64,000 nt of DNA from an uncultured Chthonomonadaceae bacterium (GCA_963817895.1 CAWFQB010000004.1:768001-832000), one strand, 5' to 3'. Counted from the stretch's first letter, positions 10,368 to 22,351 are shown. Numbers and translations: made by a program. The notes: a model not told the origin generated them from the sequence alone.

Positions 10368-12873
10368 CTAATAGGGATAAGGCGCGTTTATGCCCTGGAT
10401 TGTATGCCAGATAACGCGGTTCAGAACCCGATAATCCGGGCGGTCAAGATCGCTCCAATCCAGCGCGAGGGACTGTTCCGTCAACTTCCTCTCCATACCG
10501 ATCTGCGAACGCGGACGGAGGATTTATGTCATCCAGCGCAATGCGGTTGGGCGCATAGATATACGGGGTAAAATCGGGCGTATCGGTGAAGCAGGCGGCA
10601 AGCGGCGGCGTCGAAGCGTCGAAGCGATTCATTGGGTCCAGCCCCAGCATCAATTCGATAGAGCGGATCATGGAAACGGTATTGCATAGTTCATGATCCA
10701 CATAGCCGCGTCGCGTGTAAGGACTGAGCGCAAAGTACACGGTGCGATGGCCGTCTATATGATCCAGTCCGAACTGCGCATCGTCTTCAATCACGAATAT
10801 GCAGGTGTTTTTCCATTCCGGGCTGTGACTGACAACATCCACAATCCGTCCCAGGGCGAGATCGTTGTCGGCAACCATACATTGTGGTTTGGGATAATCC
10901 GGATTACGACCCTCCGTATGGTCGCAGGGCAGGGACAGGATCATCAGGTTGGGAACTTTGTTGGCTTTGCTGAAGCGACTGTACTCGCCGATAAATATGT
11001 CGGCGCGCTGCTGATCGCTTTGCAGCAGGGGCCAGCAGAGAACGCGGCGGTTCAAATAGGGCCGCAAACTGGCGATGCGGGTTCCGCTGTGAGGCTCGAT
11101 AACGCTTTTGCCGCTGCTCCGATCCTTCCAGACATCCAGCCAGGTCTTCACGGGTGGGGTAAAGGTGGCGAGTTTGGCATCGCAGAATTCGCCGTAATCC
11201 CGGAACGTTCGCCTTTTTTTCAGCGCGGCGTCCCACAAACAGCCCGCGCTGGAGATCGCCATGCCGTCGCTGCCGTCAAAAGGGTAGGTGCGATAGCCCG
11301 TAAAAAAGTGTTCTAGGTAGTCGTTCGCCAGCGCCTGCGTACACCACTGATGCCCGTCCGCGCTGTTGGTTCCGCTGACATAAGCGTTATCGAACAGGGT
11401 GAATTGACGGGCAAGCGCATGCGCGTTCGGCGTCAGGCGTTCGCCCAGATAGCACAGACGAGGATTGCCGTTGCCCTGCGGCATATCGCCCAGTACCTCA
11501 TCATAGGTGCGATTTTCCTTGATGATGTAAAGAACGTGCTGAATTGCGCCGCGATACACGGCCAGGGGAGGTCGGAGGTCGCCGCGATTCCAATTCCAGC
11601 CGTTATTGTCGACCACGCGCTGTGTAGCGAGTTTTAGGTCCGCCGCAAGGTCTACAACGGAAACAGTTCCCTGAAAGTCGTGCGCGTTGCCGGGGCGGTT
11701 TACATTCGTGCGCCGTACCGAGCCGTTGCCTTTTGTGTTGAGGACGTAAGCTTTCTGGCCGCTTTGATCCAGAGCGATGGCGAGGGGATAATAGCCGGCA
11801 GGCCGGAATCCAAGCACTCTGCCGCGCTCAAGATCAATCTCGCAGACGGCATTGTCGCCGCCATTGCAGACATAAGCCGTCTGGTCTCGAATCGCGAGGG
11901 CGCAGGGCATACTGCCGAAAATCGCCGCGCCTCTCCATTTGATGGGGATGGCGCGAACCACCTGCCCCGCCGCGATATCTATTTCGGAGAGACTGTCACT
12001 GGCGGCGTTGGTGATGTAGGCGGAATTACCCTGTACGGCAATCGCCGTCGGATGGAGGCCAACCTTCAGGCACTTTGTTTCGCCGCTGCCCCGACGTACC
12101 AGGCAGACGGTGCCGGAAGCCGCCGCGCCGCGCGGGTCTACAGCAATCACGGTATTGCCGCTGGCCGCGCGCTCGTCGTCGTCGTCTTTAGCTTCGCGCC
12201 CACCCCAATTGGTGACAATCAGCGTTTTTTCATCACCGGTGAGTTTCACCGTGAACGGCATGTTTTCAACCGGATATTCGCGTACCCATTTGTTGGCAGC
12301 AAGGTCTATTTCGGCGACAGCGTTGCGGTCGCAGGCTGCCACAAACAGCCGGGAGCCATCGCGCGTAATTGCCATGCCGCCCGGACGGGGATTTGTTTTT
12401 TCGTTTGCCGGTCTAATTTGTATCTCTGCGCCGAGCGCAAGTTTCCTGCCCTGGAGTTCCAGCGCCTGAACATAGCCGGCAGCTGTGCTGACGTACAGAC
12501 GCTTGCCATTCGGGGACCAGACAGCGCCACGGAATCCTGCGCCGGTATGAAGCAACAGAGTGGAATCTGGAATAACGCCTTCATGGGCTACCAGCAGTAC
12601 GCTTCTCTGGTCAAGAACCGCGAGAAAAGCCCCGGAGGGATGAAGCGCCATGTCAATCGGACGCCCGTAAAAGGGTATGGCTCCCGGCTCGATGCGCTGC
12701 TCTGTGGAAACGAGGAAACTGCCATCCGGCTGTCGTCCCAGATGGATGAAGGCGACGTTATCGGCGGCATACGTAAGGCCGACGCAAGTCAGGATAATCA
12801 CGCATAACAAGAACGCCCGATGATAGCGAGAATGCAGTCGTGTATGCGTTGCCGGAGGCAAACGTTGTTCCAT
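10368..12873 (-). CDS. YncE/YVTN beta-propeller fused to a phosphoesterase domain (frameshift near 10510)
   Basis: VGLHP/AGYYP propeller repeats; IIKENRTYD, SADGHQW, ADNDLALG, EDDAQ.G.DH.DGHR; shifted frame ends LNRVIWHTIQGINAPYPY*. Confidence 0.85.
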
Positions 12874-12965
12874 GGCGGTTCCTTATGCCAGGCCTCGACA
12901 GAAAGGCCGTCAAGAGAGTTTTCAGGGAAGATTAGCCCAAAAATGACGTCCTGAATTTCAGGGCG

Positions 12966-13382
12966 TCAATCTCGACTGATTTTCTTTACTTTGCCCTCTT
13001 CAAAGAGTATCTCGATAGAACCATCCGAGGCAGAGTAGAACCAAGCCTCCGCTTCATCGCTGATTTCATTTTTTTGCTGCGCGTACTCCGGTCGTCCGCA
13101 GGCAGTCTCGACAGCCTCCAGGGTCATTCCCTTCTTGACGCGATGATAATAAACAGCGGAGGGTAAAAGCAGGGAGGAATTCTGTTTCGCCCCAAAATGC
13201 CTGGCCGCTAGAAAGACACCACTACAGGCCACTAACCCCACGCATAGGAGCAGGAACCATCGTTGTCTCAAAAGCCTGACAAACATTGCAGTCTTTAATG
13301 GATCGGGATGTTCCGTATGTGATTCCATCCGAAGTTCCTGGTTTGCTATATACTGTTGCGCCTGGAGAGTATTGCTTTCCAT
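12966..13382 (-). CDS. Hypothetical single-TM protein with a SmpA/BamE-like small domain
   Basis: TM helix, then VKKGMTLEAVETACGRP...WFY...ILFEEGKV. Confidence 0.6.
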   Translation of the reverse strand: MESNTLQAQQYIANQELRMESHTEHPDPLKTAMFVRLLRQRWFLLLCVGLVACSGVFLAARHFGAKQNSSLLLPSAVYYHRVKKGMTLEAVETACGRPEYAQQKNEISDEAEAWFYSASDGSIEILFEEGKVKKISRD

Positions 13383-13585
13383 ATTCGCTGATCCTTGAAA
13401 TAAGACGAAACAACCCGTTGAATGTATTGTAAAATAGTCTACCCTGTTTGGTACTAAAGTACATTTATTGCCGTATAAAGGTTCCGCGTGGGAACCACGA
13501 CAAACCCGGCAAAAATCAAGTATAATAAAGAGTATATCACTGACGTGCTACATGCGCGTCTTTTTTTTCGACACACAGGGTACGA

Positions 13586-15194
13586 ATGATTACCGTCAAC
13601 GAAGTTTCTAAATCTTTCGGCAGCAAGACGCTGTTTGATAATGTCTCGGTGAAATTTACGCCGGGCAATCGCTACGGGCTGACCGGGCCGAACGGTGCTG
13701 GCAAGTCCACCTTTATGAAAATCCTGACCGGCGACATCGAGCCGACCAACCGGGGTACGGTCATACGTCCCGAAAAAAGTCGGCGTTCTGCGCCAGAACC
13801 AGTTCGAGTTCGATAACGAGCGCATCATTGATACCGTTATGATGGGCAACGCCACGTTGTGGGAAGCCCTCAAAGAGCGCAACGAACTGTGCAACGCGAC
13901 GGAATTCACCGACGAGTCTATGCACCGATTGGGCGAACTCGAATCCATTGTCGCGGACGAAAACGGCTACATGGCCGAAATCGAAGCGGCGGAGATTCTG
14001 CGCGGTATCGGGCTGTCGGATGAGCGGCACACGGATTTAATGTCCACGCTTCCGACGGATATGAAGTTCCGCGTACTGCTGGCGCAGGCCGTGTTCGGCA
14101 ATCCGCAAGCCCTGCTGTTGGACGAACCGACGAACTTTATGGATTTGGAATCCATTCACTGGCTGGAAGGGTTTCTCAAGGAGTACGACGGCACGCTAAT
14201 CGTGATCTCGCACGACCGCCACTTTCTGAATTCCGTTTGTACCCATATCGCCGACATTGATTACGATACCATCATTCAGTATCCCGGCAACTACGATGAT
14301 ATGGTGGAACAGAAAATGTCTACCCGTTCCCGCGTGGAGGCCGACAACCGCGACAAGGCCAAGAAGATCGAGCAGTTGCAGCAGTTCGTGTCCCGCTTCG
14401 CCGCCGGTCAGCGCAGTTCGCAGGTGCAGTCCCGGCGCAAGGAGATGGAACGCCTGTCGCCGCAGGAGTTGAAACGCTCCAACATTCAGCGCCCGTTCGT
14501 CCGTTTCGAGCAGAACAAGCCTGCCGGACGCGAAGTTGTCGTTGCCAAAGGCCTGAACAAGTCCTTTGACGACCACCACGTTCTGAAAAACATCAATATC
14601 GAAATCATGCGCGGCGACCGGGTTGCCATCATCGGCGGCAACGGCATCGGTAAAACAACCCTGTTGCGCTGTCTGATAGGCGAACTGGAGTCGGACAGCG
14701 GCACGGTGCGATGGGGCAGTGGCATGTCGTGGGGCTATTACCCGCAGGACTATTCGGCCATCATCCCCAAAGGCGTACAAATGGTGGAATGGCTGATAGA
14801 GTTCGAGCCGAACCATGACCATCAGATCGTGCGCGGCCTGCTTGGACGAATGCTGTTTGCGGGCGAAGAGGCCGTCAAATCTACCGAAAAACTGTCGGGC
14901 GGCGAATCGGCGCGGCTGCTCATGGCGAAACTGATGCTGGAAAAGCACCCGGTTCTGATTTTCGATGAGCCGACCAACCACCTCGATCTGGAAGCCGTCA
15001 ACGCGCTTGGCGAAGGGCTGTCGCAGTTCCCCGGAACCGTGCTGCTCGTATCTCATGACCGCGACCTGATTTCCGACGCGGCAACCCGCATCCTCTCCTT
15101 CACGTCCGAGGGCCTGATTGACTTTCCCGGCACGTATGAGCAGTATCTGGAAAAATATCCCCTTCCCGAAGCGCAAAAAGCGGGGAAATGGTAG
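13586..15194 (+). CDS. ABC-F family ATPase (YbiT-like), frameshift in an A-run near 13775
   Basis: Two NBDs (GPNGAGKS and [16 protein letters not shown] and [14 protein letters not shown]), no TM segments. Confidence 0.9.
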
Positions 15195-15196
15195 GG

Positions 15197-15306
15197 GAGG
15201 TAGATGGGTAGGCGGGTAGATAGGTAGACAGTAGCCTTCACTCAAGACTGTTTGTACTCCTAATTACCTACCGTCTACCTATCTACCCGCCTACCCATCT
15301 ACCTCC
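15197..15306. repeat. Inverted arrays of about 8-nt tandem repeats (ggtagatg / catctacc)
   Basis: ggaggtagatgggtaggcgggtagataggtagac...gtctacctatctacccgcctacccatctacctcc. Confidence 0.85.
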
Positions 15307-15318
15307 ACGGAGCCTCCA

Positions 15319-16500
15319 ATGAACTATCGTCGTTTTGGCCGTACCGAATTGAAGATGCCGGTTTTGTCGTGTGGCGGGATGCGCTATCAGTACAAGTGGT
15401 CGGATGTCGCGCCCGAAGAGATACCCGAAGAGGGCCAGGCGAATCTGGAAGCCTGTATTCATCGCGCTCTGGAACTGGGTATCAACCACATCGAAACGGC
15501 GCGAGGGTACGGCACGAGCGAAATGCAGTTGGGGCGCGTGTTGCCGCACATCCCGCGCGAACGCATAATTGTGCAGACCAAAGTGGGACCGGAACCGACC
15601 GCGCAGAAGTTCCTGGATAACTTCAACAAGTCCATGAACTACCTGAAGCTGGATCATGTGGATTTGCTGGCGTTTCATGGGCTGAACACGCCCGAACTGC
15701 TGACGCAGGTATTGCAGCCGGGTGGAAGCATGGAAGCGGCGCGGCAGTTGCAGAGGGACGGGCGCGTTCGCTTTGTCGGGTTTTCCACGCACGGGCCGTG
15801 CAGCGCGATTGTCAAAGCAATTGAAACGGGCGAGTTCGATTACGTCAACCTGCACTGGTACTTTGTGAATGATCTGAACTGGCCCGCCATTGAAGCCGCC
15901 ACGCGGCAGGACATGGGCGTGTTCATCATTTCGCCCACAGACAAGGGCGGGATGCTGCAAAAGCCGTCCGAAAAGATGGTGGAACTGTGCAGCCCCTTAG
16001 CGCCCATGCAGTTCAACGATCTGTACTGCCTTGCCCGTCCTGAAGTACATACCCTCAGTATTGGCGCATCCCGACCGTCCGATTTCGACGCGCATGTGGA
16101 AGCGCTGGCGCACTACGACAAGATTGCCGAAACCATTGCGCCGATTGAAGCGCGTATTCGGGCGGAGATGGAACGCGCGTTGGGCGTGGAGTGGACGGCG
16201 GGCTGGTGGCGGGGATTGCCGGAACATACCCACATACCCGGCGACATCAACATTCTGGAAATTCTGCGCATCTGGACGTATGCTCGTCCGCTCAATCTGG
16301 AAGAGTGGGGCAAATCGCGCTACAACCTGCTCGGCCACGCGGATCACTGGCAGCCCGGAAATAACGCGGCGAACGTGGACGAAACCGCGCTTGCGTCCGC
16401 TCTTGCGCAGTCCCCCTTTGCAGCCCGTATTCCTCACATTCTGCGTCTGGCGCACGAGTTGTTCGGCGGCAACGCGCAAAAACGCCAGAGCGAGAGTTGA
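15319..16500 (+). CDS. Aldo/keto reductase family protein
   Basis: [29 protein letters not shown]. Confidence 0.9.
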   Translation: MNYRRFGRTELKMPVLSCGGMRYQYKWSDVAPEEIPEEGQANLEACIHRALELGINHIETARGYGTSEMQLGRVLPHIPRERIIVQTKVGPEPTAQKFLDNFNKSMNYLKLDHVDLLAFHGLNTPELLTQVLQPGGSMEAARQLQRDGRVRFVGFSTHGPCSAIVKAIETGEFDYVNLHWYFVNDLNWPAIEAATRQDMGVFIISPTDKGGMLQKPSEKMVELCSPLAPMQFNDLYCLARPEVHTLSIGASRPSDFDAHVEALAHYDKIAETIAPIEARIRAEMERALGVEWTAGWWRGLPEHTHIPGDINILEILRIWTYARPLNLEEWGKSRYNLLGHADHWQPGNNAANVDETALASALAQSPFAARIPHILRLAHELFGGNAQKRQSES

Positions 16501-16505
16501 TTTTG

Positions 16506-16748
16506 ACCTCACCCCCGGCCCCTCTCCTTACCGCGCAACGCGCCAAGAGAGGGGAGGCCGTCTATTTACACTTTCCTGTCATGTGTGGGGTTGTATACAG
16601 GATTTTAGAACGGTATTACTTTTCCCTGCAAAACAGGCAGCAATTACGTTTTTAATGTTAAAAAACCTCAAAATTGGCAAATTCTGCTAATTACGCTCTC
16701 CCCTCTCCTCGCACGTTGCGCGGCAAGGAGAGGGGCCGGGGGTGAGGT
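16506..16748. repeat. Inverted pair of REP-like units around an AT-rich spacer
   Basis: acctcacccccggcccctctcctt...aaggagaggggccgggggtgaggt. Confidence 0.85.
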
Positions 16749-16760
16749 AGCGTGTCCCTA

Positions 16761-17867
16761 TTAACTCTCAACTCTCAACTTATGACCGCGCGGTCGCATA
16801 AAATACGCCAACGCGAGAGCAATAGCCCCACCGATGAGCGTATCCAACATGCGCGTCAGAGTGAGCGGCGGGCTGTTCGGTTCGGCAATGTGCAACATCA
16901 TCAGGACGAACGGGGTCAGGAAGACGACATACAGGCCGTAATCCGTTTGCTGGTGCGAGTACGCAATCGCGCATAACAGCAGCATTACAATGTCAAGCGC
17001 AATGGAGTTGCGAATCGTTGCGGCAATGACAAACGCCAGTGCGCCGCCCGCCAGAGTACCCAAAATGCGTTCGACGGCGCGCTTACGGGTATCCGTGTAC
17101 GACGGCTTTACGACAATCAAGACAGTCAGCGTGAGCCACAGCCCATGCTGAAACGGCAGGGTTTTGTATAGCGCGACGCTGAACGCGGAAATTACGGCGA
17201 TGCGCAGGGCGTGTTGAAACACCTCGGAGCGCAATGTCAGGTTCCGCTTCCATTTACGCGCCCACGTTTGCAGACGATGAACCCGATACGCGCTTTGTGA
17301 CCGGGCGCGGCGCGACAGCCAGGGAATACGCTTCAACTCCCACTTCCACAACAGCAGAGTGAGCGCGGTTGCCCACAAACCGCCCATGCCCACCTCCACC
17401 AGTCGTTCCCCCCCTGCGGCGGTATTGCCGGGGATGCCAAGCGCAGTCGCAAACACAAGGGACACGACAAACCCTATCTGACCGGGAACCTCCCCGTACA
17501 CCCCCAACATGCCGCCGATAAAGGCGTAAACAAACATCAGGCCGACGGACAGTAGGGGAATATTGCCGGTGACGGTCCCCAATCCGAAGGCAAGCGCGGC
17601 TCCGAACGTGGTAATCAGCATGGTTCCGCCGGACGCGCCTTTTTTGTCCGCGCCGCACACGTTCAGCGCCCCGATGCCAATCATCAGGCCGATGAGAATG
17701 TGACCGCTAAATTGACCGAGCAGAAGCGGCACAATCACTGCAGCCGTGGTACGAATACCGACGGCTTCCAGACGCGCCAGTTTGCGTGCATGTTTGGGCC
17801 AAGCGTGGAGTTTCAGGGCGGAACGGACTTGCTGTAAGTGGTTGGCGAGTGTCATAGATACATTCAC
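16761..17867 (-). CDS. FUSC-family (YccS/YhfK-like) membrane protein
   Basis: HALR, W..LT.LIV.KP, ERILGTLAG, RMLDTLIG; many TM helices. Confidence 0.85.
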   Translation of the reverse strand: MNVSMTLANHLQQVRSALKLHAWPKHARKLARLEAVGIRTTAAVIVPLLLGQFSGHILIGLMIGIGALNVCGADKKGASGGTMLITTFGAALAFGLGTVTGNIPLLSVGLMFVYAFIGGMLGVYGEVPGQIGFVVSLVFATALGIPGNTAAGGERLVEVGMGGLWATALTLLLWKWELKRIPWLSRRARSQSAYRVHRLQTWARKWKRNLTLRSEVFQHALRIAVISAFSVALYKTLPFQHGLWLTLTVLIVVKPSYTDTRKRAVERILGTLAGGALAFVIAATIRNSIALDIVMLLLCAIAYSHQQTDYGLYVVFLTPFVLMMLHIAEPNSPPLTLTRMLDTLIGGAIALALAYFMRPRGHKLRVES

Positions 17868-18042
17868 AGGACGGACAACGTTGCGAATACGGGCAAAATA
17901 AGCGCGTACATGTTAGTATACGCGCCGGCATCGCCCATAAGATGCAACAGAACCGGGGAATTGTTCCCGGCTTTGCTCATTGCCGCCCGTCGAACGCTAT
18001 AATAGCAGCAGGAAATCCCCACGCAACGCGGAATACTACGCT

Positions 18043-18879
18043 ATGCGCTCAACTTCGCCCGCCACAACCAAACAGTCCGTCGAAATACTCCCGCTCACCC
18101 CTGATGAGTTCCGGGCAATAGTGGCACGAGTACGCAGCAATTCCAATCGTATTGAGAAATTAGAACGTGTTCGTAACCGTCTGAACTGGGTTGCAATAGT
18201 TTTCAGTCTGGGAGGATGGTGGATTAGCGGCGCGAAGAGCTATTTGTGCGTGGCGATTGCCGTTGTATGCCTCAGTTTCTTGGTAACGCGCCTGGCAGCG
18301 CTCTTCGTACGCAAGGATCGGAACGAAGCAGAGCGTCTGTTAAGGTTCGTTGAGAGTACGCAGGATGTTAAGCAGCTTGGTACAGTAGTTGACCTAGATG
18401 ATGCGGTAATGTCTTGGTTCTGCACCTGTACTGTGAACTATGAAGATGCGGAACCAACAAAATACTATATCGCTAAAGCAGTGGACGCCGCTGTAGTGCG
18501 CTTGCTCGCACAAATACAATCTGAGGATGCAGAAGCTTTGAATACACGGCAACGTCAGCATTTACTCGACGCTTTCTCTCGTCGTGCTGATACCGGCTTC
18601 ACGGTGTTACATACATTGGAACAAATCGGTGACACACCCGACCTGCGCAACCTTGAGCGTCTTTTGCAAGCCCCTTACCTCAATGATGAATTCCGCATAG
18701 CCGCCGAATTTTGTGCCGAGGTCATTCGGCAGCGTATTGCGCGGGAGGAGGGTAGGGACATACTGCTGCGGCCTGAGCGCAAGCCCGAAGCCGTAGACAC
18801 GCTGCTGCGCCCGTCGGAAGAACGACAGGATACGACGCCCGAACAACTGCTGCGCGAGTTCGTCCGAGCCGGGGGATAG
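18043..18879 (+). CDS. Membrane protein with a HEAT-like region and a C-terminal triple LLR tail
   Basis: Two TM helices, LEQIGD..DLRNLERL, tail DILLRP...DTLLRP...EQLLRE. Confidence 0.75.
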   Translation: MRSTSPATTKQSVEILPLTPDEFRAIVARVRSNSNRIEKLERVRNRLNWVAIVFSLGGWWISGAKSYLCVAIAVVCLSFLVTRLAALFVRKDRNEAERLLRFVESTQDVKQLGTVVDLDDAVMSWFCTCTVNYEDAEPTKYYIAKAVDAAVVRLLAQIQSEDAEALNTRQRQHLLDAFSRRADTGFTVLHTLEQIGDTPDLRNLERLLQAPYLNDEFRIAAEFCAEVIRQRIAREEGRDILLRPERKPEAVDTLLRPSEERQDTTPEQLLREFVRAGG

Positions 18880-18897
18880 GAGCGCGTAAACGTTAGT

Positions 18898-19097
18898 TTC
18901 TACCCTCATCCGGGCTTCGCCCACCTTCTCCCTGCAAGGGAGAAGGCTAATGAGGTAGTTGAGTGCGTTGGTCAGGGGGTTTGTTCCAACGCAGGGTTTC
19001 TTTACGTTATTCACAATCCCCTATTTAACCGCCCATTGAACAGTTTAGCCTTCTCCCTTGCAGGGAGAAGGTGGGCGAAGCCCGGATGAGGGTAGAA
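18898..19097. repeat. About 200-bp MITE/REP-like element with about 52-bp terminal inverted repeats
   Basis: ttctaccctcatccgggcttcgcccaccttctccctgcaagggagaaggcta and its reverse complement; homologous to 43285-43509. Confidence 0.85.
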
Positions 19098-19136
19098 GCC
19101 CGCGCATAGCGCATTTTCAGAGGGAAGAAATCGATA

Positions 19137-19751
19137 ATGGTTTACAGTGATTTTACGTTGGCTGAAGTGGAAGCCCGTTTTGGACTGCAAACCGATATGC
19201 AGAGCGATTACTTTGCCCACGCCGCGCCCGTTTCGCTCACCAGTCGCCTGCGGGATACGCTTGACGAACTTGCGCCCCTCGCGCTGGCTATCGGCACGGA
19301 AAAATCGCATTCCGAGTTTATCATCGCGCCTATTCTGGCGGAAGCGCGGCGGCAGTACCCCGGCGCTATGAGCCTGTTTTCCGGCGTGGATTTCAGCCCC
19401 GATCCCGCACGCGATTTGCGTGGAGTGTGTGATTACCTGCTGTCCCTGTCGCCGGAACAATTGACTATCAAAGCGCCCGTCGTGGTGATTGTGGAAGCGA
19501 AAAACGACAATATCAAGACGGCATGGGACCAGTGCGTGGCGGAAATGGTAGCCGCGCAGGGGTTCAATCAGACGCAACAGCAACCCCCTGTTACCATACA
19601 TGGCGTGGTGACGACCGGCAGCGTGTGGCGTTTTCTGCGCCTGCGCGAAACAACCGTATTCGTGGACAGAACCGAGTACTACCTCAAAGAAGTGGAAAAG
19701 ATCGTGGGCATCCTGCTGGCAATGCTGCGCGAAGCCGCTTCAGCCGCCTGA
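19137..19751 (+). CDS. PD-(D/E)XK-like protein (HsdR-N-like)
   Basis: SEFIIAPIL, G.CDY, VEAK, QC.AEM.AAQ, GVVTTG..WRFL. Confidence 0.7.
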   Translation: MVYSDFTLAEVEARFGLQTDMQSDYFAHAAPVSLTSRLRDTLDELAPLALAIGTEKSHSEFIIAPILAEARRQYPGAMSLFSGVDFSPDPARDLRGVCDYLLSLSPEQLTIKAPVVVIVEAKNDNIKTAWDQCVAEMVAAQGFNQTQQQPPVTIHGVVTTGSVWRFLRLRETTVFVDRTEYYLKEVEKIVGILLAMLREAASAA

Positions 19752-19809
19752 ACGGGATAGGCAACGCAATACTTATTGAAAAAGATGTCGTAGGGTAGAG
19801 GCTTTCACA

Positions 19810-21516
19810 TTAAATATAACTCGGCACGGTCATTTTTTCCTGCGCGGCCCATTGTTTGAGGAGGAGGGGGGCGTAATTCAAACGATCACCAGCGCGTTTG
19901 TCGCCCGGACCTTTGTTGCACCGTCCCTTCGCCTGCGTGACAGCGCGGCTTGCGTTGTTGACGGCGATAGTCATCACGTTGCGGTGCGTTTCCTCTGTCG
20001 CGCCTGCAATCCGCATAGACCAGATGGAGGTTTGTCCCCGCGCGCACGAGCGATCATAGGAGGCCACGCAATGATGCATGGTTTTGCCTTCCAGTTTCAA
20101 CGCCGCGCTGTCGAGCAGTTCCACGATTTGCCACTGTACGGCTTTGCCGGTATTCGGGTCGGGCGCGAACTCCGCATACGCCCCGATTCCCGATGGCTCC
20201 CACTGCCGGAATGATTTGCGGGTTTCCTTTGCCAGTTGCCGATGCCAGGCTTCCACGCGAATTTGCAAGGCGGCGGGTGTGCGCCCTTTCATGCTGAACG
20301 TCGGTTCAATAGGTTCCAAAACAACCGCCTGCCCGTCCGCGCCGATTTCTTCGCGGAGCGTGAATTTGCGATCATAGATAAAATCTACCATCGGGCCGAT
20401 CCAGTCCGTGTCCAGCATCGGATTATTCACGAAAAAGTGAATTACGGACTGCCAGAACTCGTGATCGGGCAGGGTTTCCAGATCATGCCCTAATCGTGTG
20501 GCAATCACGGCGCGGACGAGGGCTTCACTTCCGTCCAATGCCCGTATCTGCCCCCAGCGCAGCGCGGCCTCAACCGAATAATCCTCGGGAGCCAGCGCAA
20601 ACCAGTGCGCCGCCATTTTCGTCAGGGGAAAAGGAAGCGCGGCGGCGCGGATGTTCTGCCCCCTGCCGATATGCAAAAACCAGTCCTGATGCGCCAATGC
20701 CCGCGTATCCGCGCCCTCGAACCACACGCGATCCAGAAAGCCGGGAACCGCGTACTGAGTCAGCAAATGCCGCGCCAAACTGCCGAACTGCCGATGCGCG
20801 TTGCGGGTGTCCATCTGCCACTCGTCAGGCGGACGCTGCCAATCCCCGTAGCGCCGCGCAAGGGCATGAAGGCCGTCCAGAAACGTGTTGCCCGGATTAT
20901 GTCCCAGATCGGCGATAACGGGTTCCGAGCCGAACAAGCGCCCGCCCGCCTGTACACGCAGCAGTAGATTGAGCAACGCATGTTTTATTCGCGGGTCCGG
21001 TTCCGCTGCAAACAAACTCCCGATTTTATACAGGTAAGGTGTTTTCACTCCCCCTGCCATTTGCGGCTGTTGATACAAACGGATAATCGCGTTATCCGGC
21101 TTGCGCGTCTGCAGCCGGGACTGCGTGAGCGCGCATTGCGCCCGTTCGTCCTCCCTGTACTGTTTTTCCTGCCTGCGCCGCGTTTCCGGCTTGCTGTCAT
21201 CCATACCGAACCCCCGCGCTCTGCACCAGTCAGCATACGCGGTTTCGGTAGGGAAACCCAGCGCTTCCCAATGTCGGCGCAGTTCCTCGCGCCCCGCTTC
21301 CCGCTTCTTCTGCCTGTGCGCCGCCTGAACTTCCAGTCGCCGTTCCTGCCACGTTTTGTGCAGGTTTATGCGGAAGCCCTGTTCTCGACACCAGAGCCGA
21401 TACGCTTCCGCGCTTTCCAGACCCAACTCGGCCAGATGGCGCTTCAACTCACCTTCCGGCGTTCGGGCGGTTGCGGTACGGCAGGTTTGTTCGCGCTTCG
21501 TTCTCCGTTGTGGCAT
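19810..21516 (-). CDS. PcfJ-domain protein
   Basis: C-terminal LKLEGKTMHHCVASY...SIWSM...TIAV...QAKGRCN; two N-terminal LG....AY..WCR..GF repeats; GAGGT RBS. Confidence 0.8.
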   Translation of the reverse strand: MPQRRTKREQTCRTATARTPEGELKRHLAELGLESAEAYRLWCREQGFRINLHKTWQERRLEVQAAHRQKKREAGREELRRHWEALGFPTETAYADWCRARGFGMDDSKPETRRRQEKQYREDERAQCALTQSRLQTRKPDNAIIRLYQQPQMAGGVKTPYLYKIGSLFAAEPDPRIKHALLNLLLRVQAGGRLFGSEPVIADLGHNPGNTFLDGLHALARRYGDWQRPPDEWQMDTRNAHRQFGSLARHLLTQYAVPGFLDRVWFEGADTRALAHQDWFLHIGRGQNIRAAALPFPLTKMAAHWFALAPEDYSVEAALRWGQIRALDGSEALVRAVIATRLGHDLETLPDHEFWQSVIHFFVNNPMLDTDWIGPMVDFIYDRKFTLREEIGADGQAVVLEPIEPTFSMKGRTPAALQIRVEAWHRQLAKETRKSFRQWEPSGIGAYAEFAPDPNTGKAVQWQIVELLDSAALKLEGKTMHHCVASYDRSCARGQTSIWSMRIAGATEETHRNVMTIAVNNASRAVTQAKGRCNKGPGDKRAGDRLNYAPLLLKQWAAQEKMTVPSYI

Positions 21517-21561
21517 CTGTTGTTCCTTACCTCGTTGTACTTGCTGAAAACAGGAGAAAGC

Positions 21562-21771
21562 AGCCGCGAATGAACGCGAATACACGCGAGTAACATACGA
21601 AACGGCTGCTCGGCGGGCGGCGGTTTATCGGCGCGACTTCAGCTTGAAACTTTATCGCGTTTCAGGAGGCCAATGTTTAATGCCTCAAACTTTCATTTCC
21701 CAAATCACGGGCTATACGTCATTTGTAATGATTTTCAGCCCGTTCGCGTTTATTCGCGTTCATTCGCGGCT
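21562..21771. repeat. Inverted pair of 9-10-nt tandem repeats (gccgcgaatgaacgcgaatacacgcga); further copies near 35030 and 63658
   Basis: Direct sequence comparison. Confidence 0.8.
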
Positions 21772-21797
21772 ATTCTTGTGTTTGATACCAACAACGC

Positions 21798-21826
21798 TTG
21801 ACACAACCGCGCATTTCGTCTAAAAT
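21798..21826 (+). promoter_or_regulatory. Sigma70-type promoter
   Basis: TTGACA-N17-TAAAAT just upstream of an AGGAGGA RBS. Confidence 0.75.
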
Positions 21827-21832
21827 TACAGG

Positions 21833-21919
21833 CAGGAGGAGAACGCGCCTGTGAACCGAGCAGCACAGCAGCGCGCCGCCATTCGCCGCCTGACGGAAAG
21901 CCTGACCACCCCCCTGTCC
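21833..21919 (+). repeat. 87-bp duplicate of the RBS and first 23 codons of the GAF gene (second copy 22358-22444)
   Basis: Both copies encode MNRAAQQRAAIRRLTESLTTPLS; this copy stops at 21928. Confidence 0.92.
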
Positions 21920-21935
21920 AAAAGGTAAACTGTTC

Positions 21936-22351
21936 ATGTCCAAAAAGTACGATGTGACGACATCGAGCGCATGAAGGCGCGGATTGACGCGGAAGCGATG
22001 CCCGAACAAGCGGGCAAGTTGTGGACGGCGACAAATGTGCTGATGGGCTTGCGCTATGACGCGGCGTTGACGCAACAACTGCTGCAAGGAGTGATGAACA
22101 TGAGAGAGTCTGTTACGTATCAGGCCATCGTGGAAGAAGGCCGACAGGAAGGAATTCAGACAGGAATACAAGTAGGACGCGCTGAAGAAGCGCGTAACAT
22201 TTTACTGCGACAAGGCAGCGTCCGCTTTGGCCTGCCTTCGGAAGCGGTTCAGGCAACTGTGGAAAGCATCAACACGCTGGAAATGTTGGAAATTCTTTCA
22301 GTCCGCCTTTTAAGCGTGGAAAGTTGGACCGAACTGCTTGCCACGCCGTAG
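21936..22351 (+). pseudogene. Internally deleted Rpn/YhgA-like (DUF4351-type C-terminus) gene; possible intact small C-terminal ORF at 22100-22351
   Basis: MSKKYDVTT start joined out of frame to LMGLRY...MRESVTYQAIVEEGRQEG...RFG...SWTELL; internal AAGGAG RBS. Confidence 0.7.

Noticed and set aside
13760..13800. Programmed frameshift in the ABC-F gene
   Set aside because: An A-homopolymer indel fits the window-wide error pattern better
21673..21801. Short ORF with a CAGGAGG RBS between the inverted cgcgaat arrays
   Set aside because: It runs through repeat sequence and has no recognisable protein features
19137..22351. Prophage or ICE around the PcfJ, PD-(D/E)XK and Rpn-like genes
   Set aside because: No integrase, relaxase, structural genes or att sites were seen
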